Source: an uncultured Alphaproteobacteria bacterium (GTDB lineage: Bacteria > Pseudomonadota > Alphaproteobacteria > Acetobacterales > Acetobacteraceae). Taken from it: a DNA stretch of 64,000 nucleotides. Every line of letters starts with the position of its first letter. Within the stretch, counting starts at the first letter, position 1. Positions 44,118 through 55,735 of the stretch are shown here, in pieces. The notes beneath the pieces are model-generated. The model saw nothing but the letters and a program-made list of their open reading frames with translations. It did not search any database and was not told the origin of the DNA. The stretch is taken from contig CAWISS010000020.1 of assembly GCA_963838815.1 (NCBI GenBank), positions 21,334 through 85,333 of the forward strand, read 5' to 3'. A program made the translations under genes and the position numbers.

Positions 44118-46284
44118 CTACCAGCCGCTGGTGCGCGCCGCCATCACGGTCTGCTCCGCGATGCGGGTCATGATCGGGATCGTCTCCAGCGGCGCGGGGC
44201 CGACCAGCGCATGCGCCAGAATGACGAAATCCGTCGCCCGGGCGTGGTGCGCCTTCGTTGTCGCCGCCTGGCACCACATTGCCATCAACAGGAAGCGTTC
44301 CGCCCAGGCCATGCGTGAGCCCGGCAGGATCTCGCTCAGCACAAGGCGCGTCGCACCAGCGTTATCCGTACGCGGCACCTTGGCGACGACCCGCCGGACA
44401 TTCTGGGTATCCTCGAACCAAGAAGCCGCAATCGGCTCCCGCTGCATCCAGGCTGTGCTGCGAGCCATCGCCGCTTCGACGCTCTCCGGCTGCGTCTGCG
44501 CAGCGTCCAATTCGTCCAAACAACCGTTCAGCCTCGGCCGCGACATCCAGTCGGCGATCCTTCCACTCCACGCCGCCGACGCATTCGGCGATCGCCAGCA
44601 GGGTTTTATCAGGTACCGACCCACTCTCCAGCCCAGTTGCAACCGCGTGCTGAACGGCGGCGTCCACATACCAGCGATCTACCTGGTCGGATGGCACTTC
44701 GCTCCTCATCTCACGAAGCATCCCATTGCTGTGACTACGTGACACCGACCGGTCAAGCCACGCATCCTGCACGCCGACGCCGTGCTTCAGCAGCAGCCCG
44801 GCGACAAGGTCCTTCCTGCCATGGCGGCTGATCGCAAGGATGCTCTGTGCTCCGGAGCCATCCACCATTGAAGCATGAAAAGCGACTTCACCCAGCGTCC
44901 TGTTGGCTTGATTGCCGGGTCCGGCCGGCCATGGGCCGATCGCCACGCCAGCAGAACGGGCTTTGCGAATCGCGCGGTCCAGGTCAGCCCGGTCCGGCTG
45001 CGGGATCCAGTTCCGTATGGTGATCGCCCGCCGCAGCCAGTCGGGTGACACGGTATCGGCGCCGGCGGTCTGCTCCATCGCCGCCGCCGCGGCTCGCCTG
45101 ACGCTGGAATCGCCGTCTAGCAGCATCAGCGGCACCGCCTCGCGCAGCACCGCATGCGGCGACAGCGCCAGCTCGGTCGCCATGAAGCTGCGCAACGTCG
45201 CCGGCATCACCGCACCGGCGGCGTTAAGCGCCTCGATCACCTCGAATGGAGACCCAACCATTCCGGCAAGCTCATCGGACAGCCCGCGCAAAGCCGCCAA
45301 CATCTCGTCTGGCGGCGCCGCGGGAGAAGCCCCCGTCATTCCCGCATCGGCCAGCGCTAGCTGGACCTCATCCGAGACCGGGACGCGCGCCTGGGTCAGC
45401 GCCCCAGCCATGGCGAACCAGTCGGTCGGATCAAGGGTGCCGGCCTTGCCGAGGGCAATCAGCCGCTGCTGGTAATCATTCAGCATGCGGGCCGCCCAAT
45501 CCCAGCCGCGATCCAGACGGTAGCGGACAAATTCAAGCTGCAGGGTCAGCAGATCAAGGCAGGCGGTCACTTGCTTGTCGTTTCGCACCGGCGCGGTCAT
45601 CGCCTCCACCAACAGGTCGGCGAAAACCGGCAGCGTCTGCGGCGTCGTTTCCAGCCAGGTCCGATCCTGCATCCCCAGTTCGCCGTGCGGCTTTCGCACA
45701 AGTTGCCCGACCAAGGTGCGGGCACGGTCCCGGTCGGCGCTGGTGGCCGATGGCGGTTCTTCGGGGTTATCGCCAACAAGCGGTGTCTCGGGTGCCTCGG
45801 ACAGCGCCGCCAGCAGGTCGTCGAGTTGTTCCTGGGTCGGCTCGGACACGGCCAACGTTGCCAACAGGCTCTCCGCCGCCGCCGCGATACGCCTTGGATT
45901 GCCGGTGCGCTGCACAACCCGGCCCTGGCGCAGCGTTTCCCGCTGGAACTGCCAGATGCCTTCCACCGTGGCGGTGAAGACAGGATGCTCCATCGAAAGC
46001 CTGAAGCCGTTGCGATGGCCAAGCATATCGAGCCGCCAGTTCAGCGTCTTGCCGTTATGCGGCAGGGTTTCCTCGGCCAGCGGCAACTCGGGTGTCGCCG
46101 GTGGATTGGCCGCTCGCACGGTGCCGCGCGGAGGAGTCCGGCGGGATGGAAAAAGCTCCCGATAGAGCGCCTCGTTGTCCGGGTCGAAAAAGAATTCGGC
46201 TAGCAGGCCTGACGCAAGGTCGAGCAACAGCCGATCAACGTCATCCGGTTTGATCTCTGGCTGACCCTGGGGTGCTTTCGCCAT
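44118..46284 (-). CDS. Large hypothetical protein (frameshift near 44510)
   Basis: Long GC3-biased ORF; ASMVDGSGAQS..LLKHGVGVQDA, SWFED, WAERFL; start overlaps yihA end. Confidence 0.75.
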
Positions 46285-47011
46285 CGCTGCTCTCCAGCGC
46301 AAGAAGCGTCGCCAACTCTGCGCGTAGCGCGGCAACACCATCGCCGGTTTCGCTGCTCGTGTGTAGCACCCGCGGAAACGCCGCCGCATGCGAGCGCACC
46401 AGCCGCTCGGTTTCCGCCAGCTTGCGCGCCAGGGCGGGCGGCTTCACCCCGTCGGCCTTGGTCAGCACAATCTGATACGTCACCGCGGCCCGGTCCAGCA
46501 GCGCCATCACGTCGCGGTCCGCCTGCTTCAGCTCGATCCGCGCGTCCAGCAGCAGGACGACCCGGCGCAAGCTCGGCCGCCCACGCAGGTAGTCGAACAT
46601 CATGCCTTGCCAGTCGGCCTTGATGTCCTTGGATGCGCGCGCGTAGCCGTAACCCGGCATGTCAACCAGGGTCACCACCCCCGCCAGATCGAAAAAATTC
46701 AACTGCCGGGTACGACCCGGTTCAGCGGAGGCACGGGCCAGTGCTCGGCGCCCCGTCAGCGCGTTCAGCAGTGAGGATTTTCCGACGTTTGAACGGCCGG
46801 CGAAGGCGATCTCCGGCCCGCCGACCGGCGGCAACTGATCCAGCCGCTGGGCACCAAAGAAGAACCGGCATTCCGCCGCGAACAGCAGACGCCCTGCCTC
46901 CAGCGCCGCTGCGTTGGCTGCCGCGTCAGGCGCCTCGCCCAGGTTCGGCGGCGCGGTCAGGTCCTGGCCAGCGAGGGTTTGGCCAGGCGTGTGCGGCGCT
47001 GAATGAGCCAT
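46241..47011 (-). CDS. yihA: Ribosome biogenesis GTPase YihA/YsxC
   Basis: EIAFAGRSNVGKSSLLN, PGRT, LVDMPGYGY, LTKAD; start uncertain. Confidence 0.95.
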   Translation of the reverse strand: MAHSAPHTPGQTLAGQDLTAPPNLGEAPDAAANAAALEAGRLLFAAECRFFFGAQRLDQLPPVGGPEIAFAGRSNVGKSSLLNALTGRRALARASAEPGRTRQLNFFDLAGVVTLVDMPGYGYARASKDIKADWQGMMFDYLRGRPSLRRVVLLLDARIELKQADRDVMALLDRAAVTYQIVLTKADGVKPPALARKLAETERLVRSHAAAFPRVLHTSSETGDGVAALRAELATLLALESSDGESTPGSARDQTG

Positions 47012-48708
47012 TGTTGTCCGATCGACAGCGTGTTGTTCCAGCTCCAATAAATAATCAGGCCGGCCGGGAACTTCGCCATCATGAAGGTGAAAATGATCGG
47101 CATGAACTGGAACAGCCTGGCCTGCACCGGATCTGGCGGCGGCGGGTTCAGCCGCTGTTGCAGGAACATGGTGAAGCCCATGATCAGCGGCCAGGCGCCC
47201 AGGTGCAGCAGCGGAATATAGGCGGCCGGATCGAACGGCAGCAGGCCGAACAGGTTGAACACGTTGGTCGGATCGACCTGCGACAGATCATGGATCCAGC
47301 CGAAGAACGGCGCCTGCCGCATCTCGATGGTGACGAAGATGACCTTATACAGCGAAAAGAACACCGGGATCTGCACCACCATCGGCAGGCAGCCGGAGGC
47401 CGGGTTCACCTTCTCGGTCTTGTACAGCGCCATCATCTCCTGCTGCATGCGCTGCGGTTCGTCCTTGTAGCGTTCCCGCAGCGCGGTCATCTTCGGCGCC
47501 AGCAGCTTCATCTTGCTCATGGAACGGTAGGAGTAGTTCGCCAGCGGGAAGAACAGCGCCTTGACCAGCACCGTGAACACCATGATGGCGAGCCCGAAAT
47601 TGCCCAGCACGCCGTTGAAGAAATCCAATGCGAAGAAGATCGGCTTGGTCAGGAAGTAGAACCAGCCGAAATCCACCGCCTTATCGAAATTCGGGATGTG
47701 CAGCGCGTCCTGGTAGTGGTCCAGCAAGGTCACCACCTTGGCACCGGCAAAGGCGTGCGTCGTCATCGCCGCTTCCCCACCGGCCGGCACGATCTTCGGG
47801 TCGGTGGTGACGTAGTCCACCTGATAGTGGTCACCATGATCGTCGATGTGGCGGAAATTGACCTTCGACGACAGGCTCTGGTCCGGGATCAGCGCGGTCA
47901 GCCAATATTTGTCGGTGATGCCGGCCCAACCGCCGGTGGAGGTGGCATCGAACGCGATGCCGCCCTTCTTCTCGCCCTCGCTCTTCGCCTTGTCGTAGGT
48001 CGTCTCCTGCAGGGTGCCGTCGACCACGCCCAGCAGCCCTTCGAACAGCACATAGTAGCCGGAAACCTCCGGTTTGTAGTCGCGGCGGATGCGCGCCCAG
48101 GGAAATAGGCTGACCGCCTGCGCGGTGGCATTGCGCACCGTCTGATGGACTGTGAACATATAGTCTTCGTCAATCGACATCTCGATCAGGAAGGTCAGGC
48201 CGGCCCCATTGTCCCATGACAGGGTGACCGGTTTGCCCGGCCCGAGCGTGTCGGCCGACGCGGTCCACGTCGTATCGTTGTCCGGCAGCTTCGTTGCTTC
48301 AGTGCCGGATGCCGTCCAGCCATACTGGATGTAGTACGGATGTTCCTCCGCACGCGGTTCCAGCAGCCGGACATCGGGCGAGTCCGGCTCGATCGTTTCG
48401 CGATATTGCGTCAGCAGCAAGTCATCCACGCGGGCTCCAAGCAGGCTGATGGAGCCGGAGACCCGGGGCGCGACGATCTTCACCCGCGGCACGTTGCGTG
48501 GCACCGCGGTTGTCGTGCCCGCGGCGGGCGGCGCAGCGGCGGCCGGGGCGCCCTCGGCTGGCGTGGCGGAAACCTTGTTGGGCGCGGTCATCTCCGCGAC
48601 CGGGCGCGGCGGGGGCTTTGGCAGATGCGGGGCGATCAGCATCTGAAATCCGAGAAGAATTGCCAGCGAGACCGCGATCGCCAGGAAGAGCCGCTTCTGG
48701 TCCATCAA
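46957..48708 (-). CDS. yidC: Membrane protein insertase YidC
   Basis: GITDKYW, VDFGWF, GNFGLAI, GCLPMVVQIPVFF, PAGLIIYWSWNN. Confidence 0.97.
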   Translation of the reverse strand: MMDQKRLFLAIAVSLAILLGFQMLIAPHLPKPPPRPVAEMTAPNKVSATPAEGAPAAAAPPAAGTTTAVPRNVPRVKIVAPRVSGSISLLGARVDDLLLTQYRETIEPDSPDVRLLEPRAEEHPYYIQYGWTASGTEATKLPDNDTTWTASADTLGPGKPVTLSWDNGAGLTFLIEMSIDEDYMFTVHQTVRNATAQAVSLFPWARIRRDYKPEVSGYYVLFEGLLGVVDGTLQETTYDKAKSEGEKKGGIAFDATSTGGWAGITDKYWLTALIPDQSLSSKVNFRHIDDHGDHYQVDYVTTDPKIVPAGGEAAMTTHAFAGAKVVTLLDHYQDALHIPNFDKAVDFGWFYFLTKPIFFALDFFNGVLGNFGLAIMVFTVLVKALFFPLANYSYRSMSKMKLLAPKMTALRERYKDEPQRMQQEMMALYKTEKVNPASGCLPMVVQIPVFFSLYKVIFVTIEMRQAPFFGWIHDLSQVDPTNVFNLFGLLPFDPAAYIPLLHLGAWPLIMGFTMFLQQRLNPPPPDPVQARLFQFMPIIFTFMMAKFPAGLIIYWSWNNTLSIGQQWLIQRRTRLAKPSLART

Positions 48709-48753
48709 TGCCCCGTCTGCCTACCTGTCTGCTGCGCGTCTGTCAGGCCGCGG

Positions 48754-48991
48754 TCAACCTCGGATGATCGGGTCCGGCACCGGGTCGACGCCGCCGGGAT
48801 GCCATGGATTGCAGCGCAGCACCCGCCGCGTCGCCAGCACTCGTGCCGTGCAGCGCCCCGTGCAGACGCAGCGCGTCGATTGCATAATCGCTGCAGCTCG
48901 GCCAGAAGCGGCAATTCGCGCCGATCAATGGTCGCAGCGTCCACTGATAGACGCGGACCGCGCCGATCCCGACCGAGGCCGCAGCTCTCAT
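48754..48991 (-). CDS. yidD: Membrane protein insertion efficiency factor (frameshift near 48840)
   Basis: CRFWPSCSDYA then RVLRCNPWHPGGVDPVP in another frame. Confidence 0.92.
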
Positions 48992-49356
48992 AATGCTCCA
49001 TTCCTGTCCAGCGCCCGCCTGATATCGTTCCGCAGAGCCAGGAAATCGCGCTTGCGCGTGCTGTCCCGACCAATCAGCACGACGTCCACCCCGCGCACCG
49101 GACATTCCCGCAGCAGCAGACGCATCGCTTCCTTCAGCCGCCGCCGTGTGCGGTTCCGCACCACGGCATTACCGACCTTGCGGGTGACGGTAAAGCCGAG
49201 CCGGACCGCGCCGTCATCGGCGCGGTAAAGCAGTTGCAGCACGACACCGCCGATCGCCGCCTTCTTGCCGGATGCAGCAATGCGCAGGAAATCGGCTCGT
49301 CGCCGCAGGCGGCCGGGCTTCTGTGCAGGACGGCCAGTGTTCAGCGTATCGGCCAA
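48988..49356 (-). CDS. rnpA: RNase P protein component
   Basis: RLRRRADF, RLGFTVTRKVGNAVVRNRTRRRLKE. Confidence 0.95.
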   Translation of the reverse strand: MADTLNTGRPAQKPGRLRRRADFLRIAASGKKAAIGGVVLQLLYRADDGAVRLGFTVTRKVGNAVVRNRTRRRLKEAMRLLLRECPVRGVDVVLIGRDSTRKRDFLALRNDIRRALDRNGAL

Positions 49357-49438
49357 GGGCACCACCAGGGCCACAAGAGCTTAATCAGGATCACGATCAA
49401 AGCCGGCATGATGGAACACCAGCATCCGGCCATTCGGA

Positions 49439-49573
49439 TCAGGCGGACAGGCGCTTGCGACCCTTGGCGCGGCGGTTGGCCAGCACCTTGCGCCCACCAA
49501 CGGTTTCCATGCGGGCGCGAAATCCATGCCGACGCTTGCGGACCAGCTTGGATGGTTGATAGGTGCGCTTCAC
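49439..49573 (-). CDS. rpmH: 50S ribosomal protein L34
   Basis: [44 protein letters not shown]. Confidence 0.98.
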   Translation of the reverse strand: MKRTYQPSKLVRKRRHGFRARMETVGGRKVLANRRAKGRKRLSA

Positions 49574-49657
49574 GACTTCTCTCCGAAACCTTAGGCAGGC
49601 ACGCCTCTGCATGCATGACAACAGGTGCGCCGGAGGGCGACCCGTCGGAAGCGGCGG

Positions 49658-49686
49658 CTTATACGGGCGCGGTCCCGGCGCGTCAA
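49658..49686 (-). promoter_or_regulatory. Sigma70 promoter of the rpmH operon
   Basis: TTGACG-N17-TATAAG on minus strand. Confidence 0.7.
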
Positions 49687-49721
49687 TCGCCACGACAGGC
49701 CGTGCTGACCACGTCCGATGA

Positions 49722-50763
49722 TCAATCCGCGCCGCGCAGGCCGTCAAGCAAGGCCTTGTGGAAGGTGTCCGGCGCCTGGATCTGCGGCGCATGACCAAGA
49801 TCGGGGAATTCCACCAGGCGCGCCCGCGGGATCGCCGCCGCGGCCGCCTTGCCAAGCTGCGGATAGTTGCCCAGGGACGGGCGGACCTGGGGCGGGGCGA
49901 GGTTCTTGCCGATCGCCGTGGTGTCCTTGTCGCCGATCATCAGCAGCACCGGCATCGTCAACTGGCCCAACTCGTAGACCACCGGCTGTGTGTAGATCAT
50001 GTCGTACAGCAGCGCCGAGTTCCAGGCGACGATGGCCCGGCCCGGGCCGCGATACATCCCGGCCAGCATCTGCACCCAGCGCTCATAGGACGGCTGCCAT
50101 GTGCCGGCATAGTAGGTCGAGCGCTCATAGTCGCGTATGCGTGCTGCGGTGGTATGCAGTTCCTGCTCGATACCAGGCATCCACGCTCTGCCAGGGAACT
50201 CCCTTGGCCTTCCAGTCCTCCAGCCCGATCGGATCGACCAGCACGAGTTGGTCGGCGTCCTGCGGGAACATCAGCCCGTAACGGATCGCCAGCATGCCGC
50301 CCGTCGAGTGCCCGATGATGGTCGCGCGGCCGATCCCGAGCGAGGCCAGCAGCGCATGGGTGTTGCCGGCGAGTTGCTGGAAACTGTACTGATAGTGCGC
50401 CGGCTTGGTGGATTTGCAGAAGCCGATCTGGTCGGGCGCGATCACGCGATAGCCTGCCTGGGTCAGCACGGTGATGGTGGCTCTGCCAGGTCGCCGCGCA
50501 GAAATTCTTGCCATGCAGCAGCACGACCAGTGCGGCCGTTCGGCTGCGCCGGCTTCACATCCAGAAACGCCATGTCCAGCGCGGCGCCTTGCGAGGTAAA
50601 GCGGTACCGCGACACCGGCGACGGATACGCGAAGCCTTGCAGTTCAGGACCGATTGGACGGGGCCGGTGTCGGCAGGCGGCTGCCTGCCACGGCACAAAA
50701 GGCGCAGCCGCCAGAGCGCACGGGCAGGCCAAGCCCGAACAGCGCTGCTCGCAGGCGTTTCAT
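49722..50763 (-). CDS. Exported alpha/beta hydrolase, several frameshifts
   Basis: [32 protein letters not shown]. Confidence 0.87.
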
Positions 50764-51323
50764 ATGAAGTCCCTCATCGACATATGCCGCAGTCTCGATT
50801 GGCAATGATGCCGAACAGCACTACCGCCCCGTTAGCCCTTGCGACGCCGATCGTGACATGATACCACGATCAGTACAAGGCGCGCCGGCCGGTTGGGGCC
50901 AGGCCAGACGTCCAGCTCGACCGCCGTGTACCAGGACTTGGTGGACACCTTGGACGGCCACCGGGCCAGCCGCCGCCTTTATATGCCAAGCACCCTTGCG
51001 CCCGCGGCAGATGCTCGGCGTGGCCGATGTGGATCGAGCACAGCCGGATGAAGACGTGTAATAGTGGCACCGTGCAAACCATGATTCGCCGCATGCCGGG
51101 CCGGTGTCGGTATCGGCAGCCCGCGACCCCTTGGGCGGCACAAGGATCAAAACGACCAACAGGCTGGAACGACAACCAGCGCCGCCGGTAGGCGTTTCAT
51201 GTGGCCACACCGCGGCGGACATGGCAGGCGACCGGACCGGCCGATACACTCCTCACTACGATATGAAGGATATATTCTGCGGCGAAAGCGTTGTGGGGCG
51301 AAGCGAGACGCGGAGGTCGGGAT

Positions 51324-52550
51324 TTGGTCAGCGAGACAGGTGACTATTCCGATGCGAAAGCGCGGGCCGATCAGGCCGAGCCGAAGCGGGGTGAGCAACA
51401 GCCTGATCGGAGTGAGAAGCCCCAGCGTTCACCGGACAAAGCCCGCGATGATGACCGACGCCGCGAAGATGAGCAGGGCGGCAACATGGGTCGAAACAGA
51501 AATGACAACGACCAGCGCAGGAGCCGATGGCCGCTGATCCTCCTCGGCATCGTCGTCGTCATCGCGATCATCGCGGCCGTGGTTTACTGGCTGATGACGC
51601 GCAACCTGGAAAGCACCGACGACGCCTACACCGAGGGCAATGCCGTCGCATACGCGGCCAAGGTTTCCGGCTACGTCACGCAGCTCAACGTCGATGACAA
51701 TACATTTGTCCATGCCGGCGACTTGCTGCTGAAGATCGACCCGCGTGACTACACCACCGCCCGCGACCAGGCCCGCGCCAGCCTCTCGCTCGCGCGGGCG
51801 CAACTCTCCAGCGCACAGGTCGCGCTGGACATCGCCCGCGTCCAGGCCCCGGCGTCGCTGCAACAGGCGCAGGCCCAGCTCCAGCAAGCGCAGGCGAACC
51901 AGTCGCAAGCTGAACTGGCCTACCGCCGTCAGCACGCTGTCGATCCGCGGGCGACCACGCAGGCGAACATCGATCAGGCGAACGCGCAGAATCGATCCAC
52001 CACCGCGGCGGTGGCGAATGCCCAGGCGCAGGTGCGGGTCGCCGATCTGGTGCAGCAGAACATCCAGTCGGCCGAGGACACGGTTCGTCAGCGCCAGGCC
52101 CAGGTCGCCCAGGCCGAAGCCAATCTGGAGCAGGCGAAGGTCAATCTGTCCTACACCGATCTGATCGCGCCGCAGAACGGCTACATCACCCGGCGCAACG
52201 TTGATCTCGGCACCTTCGTCCAGGCTGGACAGCAGGTGTTCTACATCGTCACGCCGCAGGTCTGGGTAACGGCGAACTTCAAGGAAAATCAGCTCACCGA
52301 CATGCATCCCGGCCAACATGTCTCGATCGATGTGGATGCCTATCCGAACCTGCACCTGCAAGGACACATCGACAGCATCCAGCAGGGCAGCGGCGCCCGC
52401 TTCTCGACCTTCCCCGCCGAGAACGCGACCGGCAATTTCGTGAAGATCGTCCGCCGCGTGCCGGTCAAGATCATCATCGACAGCGGCCTCGACAGCAATC
52501 ACGGTCTACCACTGGGGATTTCCGTCGAACCGACGGTCACCGTCCGATGA
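51324..52550 (+). CDS. EmrA/HlyD-family membrane fusion protein
   Basis: ESTDDAY, KVSGYV, WVTANFKE, PAENATGNFVKIVRRVPVKI; TTG after GGAGG. Confidence 0.93.
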   Translation: MVSETGDYSDAKARADQAEPKRGEQQPDRSEKPQRSPDKARDDDRRREDEQGGNMGRNRNDNDQRRSRWPLILLGIVVVIAIIAAVVYWLMTRNLESTDDAYTEGNAVAYAAKVSGYVTQLNVDDNTFVHAGDLLLKIDPRDYTTARDQARASLSLARAQLSSAQVALDIARVQAPASLQQAQAQLQQAQANQSQAELAYRRQHAVDPRATTQANIDQANAQNRSTTAAVANAQAQVRVADLVQQNIQSAEDTVRQRQAQVAQAEANLEQAKVNLSYTDLIAPQNGYITRRNVDLGTFVQAGQQVFYIVTPQVWVTANFKENQLTDMHPGQHVSIDVDAYPNLHLQGHIDSIQQGSGARFSTFPAENATGNFVKIVRRVPVKIIIDSGLDSNHGLPLGISVEPTVTVR

Positions 52551-54102
52551 GCGACAGCCAGGGCTGGAAGCCCCGTGCCAATCCGTGGCTGGTCGCCATC
52601 GTCGTGACCGTGGGTGCATTCATGGAGGTGCTGGACACCACCATCGTGAATGTTTCACTGCCGCACATTGCTGGCTCCCTTTCGGTCAGCAGCGACGACA
52701 GCACCTGGACGCTGACCACCTATCTGGTCGCCAATGGCATCGTGCTGACGATTTCCGGTGCCCTCAGCCGCCGTATTGGCCGGAAAAGATATTTTCTGAT
52801 CTGCATTGCCGGCTTCACGGCGACCTCGTTCGGCTGCGGGATATCGACCAACTTTGAGGAAATCCTGCTGTTCCGCGCCCTGCAAGGCTTCTTCGGCGGC
52901 GGCCTGCAGCCGACGCAGCAGTCGATCATCCTGGATTATTTTCCGCCTGAGAAGCGGCAGCAGGCGTTCTCCCTCACCGCCATCGCCATCATCATCGCCC
53001 CTGTCCTCGGCCCGGTGATCGGCGGCTATCTGACCGACCAGTACTCATGGCACTGGATCTTCCTGATCAACGTTCCGATCGGGATCGGGACGTTCTTCGG
53101 CGTGCTGCAGCTCGTCGAGGACTCGCCGGCGATGCAGCGCGAGAAAGAGACCGCGCCTCGCTTTGATTATGTGGGCGTGGGTTTCATCGCGTTGGCCCTC
53201 GGCTGCATGGAAATCGGCGTCGACCGTGGTGAGGACTACGACTGGCTCGGCTCCAACTTCATCCGTATCATGTTCCTTCTGTCAGCATGTGGCTTCGTGT
53301 TCGGCATCACCTACCTGCTTTACGTGCGCGATCCGGTCGTCAATCTGCGGGTCTTCAAGGACCGCAATTTCGCCTTGGGTACGTTCGCGATCGCGATGAT
53401 GGGATTCGTGCTGTACGCCAGTGCCGTGCTGATCCCGCAATTCGCTCAACAGCAGCTTGCCTACACCGCGACGTGGGCCGGCCTGGTGCTGGCACCGGGG
53501 GCGGTGGTGCTGACGTTGCTGATCCCGGTCGCCAGCAGATCCTGAATGTGGTGCCGACCAAATACGTGGTTGCCGCGGGCGGCCTGGCTCTGGCGCTGGC
53601 GCTATACTACTCGATGAACCTGGTACCAAATCTGGATTTTTACCATCTGATGCTGTTCCGGGCCGCACAGACCGCCGCCCTGTCGTTGTTGTTCGTCCCG
53701 ATTAGCACGATCGCCTACGCGACTGTGCCGCAGCACTTGAACGGCGATGCTGCGGCCTTGTTCAGCATGGCGCGCAACGTATTCGGCGGCGTCGGTATTT
53801 CGATCTCTACCGCGCTGGTCACCGAACAGCAGCAAGTTCGCCAGTCCTATCTGGTCGAGCACCTGACGCCGGTCAATCAGCCCTACGACGTGCTGCTGCA
53901 GCAGGTGCAGCAGGGTCTGATCGATGTCGGCCAGGCCGCGGGGCAAGCGCAGGCGGAGATCAATCAAATGCTGCAAGGCCAGGTCGCCGTGCTGGCCTAC
54001 AACGACGTTTTCCTCATCACCGCCGGCCTGTCCTTGTTGATGGTCCCGGTCGCGCTGCTGATGTCCGGGATCAAAACGAAAGCCGGCGGCGGAGGTCACT
54101 GA
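52547..54102 (+). CDS. EmrB/DHA2 MFS efflux permease (frameshift near 53535)
   Basis: FMEVLDTTIVNVSL, FRALQG, WHWIFLINVPIG, ARNVFGG. Confidence 0.92.
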
Positions 54103-54105
54103 CCG

Positions 54106-55710
54106 ATGCGCTTGGTGCCCTGTGTATTCGTCGTTTGCCTCACCGCCTGCGCAGTCGGTCCGAACTATACGCCACCCAAACCGCCTGACCTCGCCAACTG
54201 GAACGACAAGTCGGCGCGGACCGCCAATGAGGTCAGCCAACAGGCCAATCCCGATCCACGCTGGTGGAACGGCTTCAATGATCCGGTGCTGACGCAATTG
54301 ATGCAGCAGGCGATCGCCGGCAACCTTGATGTGCAGCAGGCGGTTCTTCGCGTCGTGGAATCGCGCCAGAACGAGGTGACGGCCCGCGCTGGCCGGCTTC
54401 CCACCATCAACGGCACCGGCAGCTACACGCGCGAGCAGCTGGGGCTGCGCGGCCTGCTGCTCTCCCAAGGCACCTATGGGCAAGTGAACGGATTGGCCGC
54501 TCCGGGTTCGGTGCTCAACCAGTTCAGCCCTGGACTGGGCAACCGGGCCAGCACCGCGATCGGCAACGAGCTGAACCTGCTCGACCAGCCGGTTAACCTG
54601 TTCAGTTATGGGCTAAGTTCCTCATGGGAACTGGATCTGTTTGGCCGCGTGCGCCGTTCCGAGGAGCAGGCCGGTGCGCGCACCCAGGCGCAGGTCGAGG
54701 CCAAGAATGACGCCCTGGTGATGCTCGAAGGGCAGGTTGCCCAGGCCTATGTGCAGCTTCGCGGCGGCCAGGTGCTGACCGCAAGTCAGCAAGAAAACGT
54801 ACGGACCGCGCAGGCGGCGCTCGATTTGACGCAAAAGCAGCAAATCCGGGGCTTGGCGACAGACCTCGACGTCGAGCAGGCTCGCACCCAGGTGGCGGAC
54901 AACGAAGCACAGTTGCCGGGCTATCAGAAACAATCGGAGCAGGCAATGAACCGCCTCAGCGTGCTGACCGGTCAACCCCCTGGCTCGGTTGACGCTATGC
55001 TGGGTCCACCCGGGCCGTTGCCGACGATTCCGGCCGTGGTCAGGATCGGTGTGCCGTCCACCCTGACCCGCCGTCGCCCTGACGTGCGCGAGGCGGAGGC
55101 GAACCTGCACGCCGCGACGGCCAATGTCGGGGTCGCGGTGGCCAGCTTCTATCCGGATGTCTCGCTGACCGGCAACTTTGGACTGCGGGCGCTGGACGCC
55201 AGCTACCTGACGAACTGGGCGAGCGCCTTCTACTCGTTCGGTCCCAGTATATCTTTGCCGATCTTCCAGGGTGGCCGCCTGACCTCCGGCCTGCGCCTTG
55301 CGCGCGCCCAGGAAGTCGAAGCGGCCTTGTCTTACCGCGGCACGGTGCTGAATGCCTTGCGGGAGGTGGAGGACGCGCTGGTGGCCTATCGAAATGACCG
55401 GGTCCAGCGGGACAAGCTGATCGTAGCCGTCCGCTCAGGGGAGATGACGCTCTATCTGGCACGCAACGCCTTCACCCATGGGTTGCAGAATTTTATCCAA
55501 GTGCTGGATGCTGAGCGCACGCTGATCGGGTCACGGCAGCAACTGGTGCAGGCCGAGGTAACTCTGACCAACGACGTCGTGACGCTCTACAACGCGCTCG
55601 GCGGCGGCTGGCTGGAGGATGCTGACGGGAGCCAGGCGCCTTCGATCGGCGACGCTCCGCCGATCACGCCGGCCGCTCTGGACAGTGTGGCGGCGGGAAT
55701 AAAGCGCTAA
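54106..55710 (+). CDS. NodT/OprM-family outer membrane efflux lipoprotein
   Basis: LTAC lipobox; SWELDLFG, RRPDVREAE, LYNALGGGW. Confidence 0.93.
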   Translation: MRLVPCVFVVCLTACAVGPNYTPPKPPDLANWNDKSARTANEVSQQANPDPRWWNGFNDPVLTQLMQQAIAGNLDVQQAVLRVVESRQNEVTARAGRLPTINGTGSYTREQLGLRGLLLSQGTYGQVNGLAAPGSVLNQFSPGLGNRASTAIGNELNLLDQPVNLFSYGLSSSWELDLFGRVRRSEEQAGARTQAQVEAKNDALVMLEGQVAQAYVQLRGGQVLTASQQENVRTAQAALDLTQKQQIRGLATDLDVEQARTQVADNEAQLPGYQKQSEQAMNRLSVLTGQPPGSVDAMLGPPGPLPTIPAVVRIGVPSTLTRRRPDVREAEANLHAATANVGVAVASFYPDVSLTGNFGLRALDASYLTNWASAFYSFGPSISLPIFQGGRLTSGLRLARAQEVEAALSYRGTVLNALREVEDALVAYRNDRVQRDKLIVAVRSGEMTLYLARNAFTHGLQNFIQVLDAERTLIGSRQQLVQAEVTLTNDVVTLYNALGGGWLEDADGSQAPSIGDAPPITPAALDSVAAGIKR

Positions 55711-55735
55711 ATCCTCGCCCTGTCGTGCCTCTACC

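Noticed and set aside
51259-51283. Possible EcfG-type promoter before emrA (GGATA-N16-CGTT)
   Set aside because: The -35 differs from GGAAC at two of five positions; a chance match is likely.
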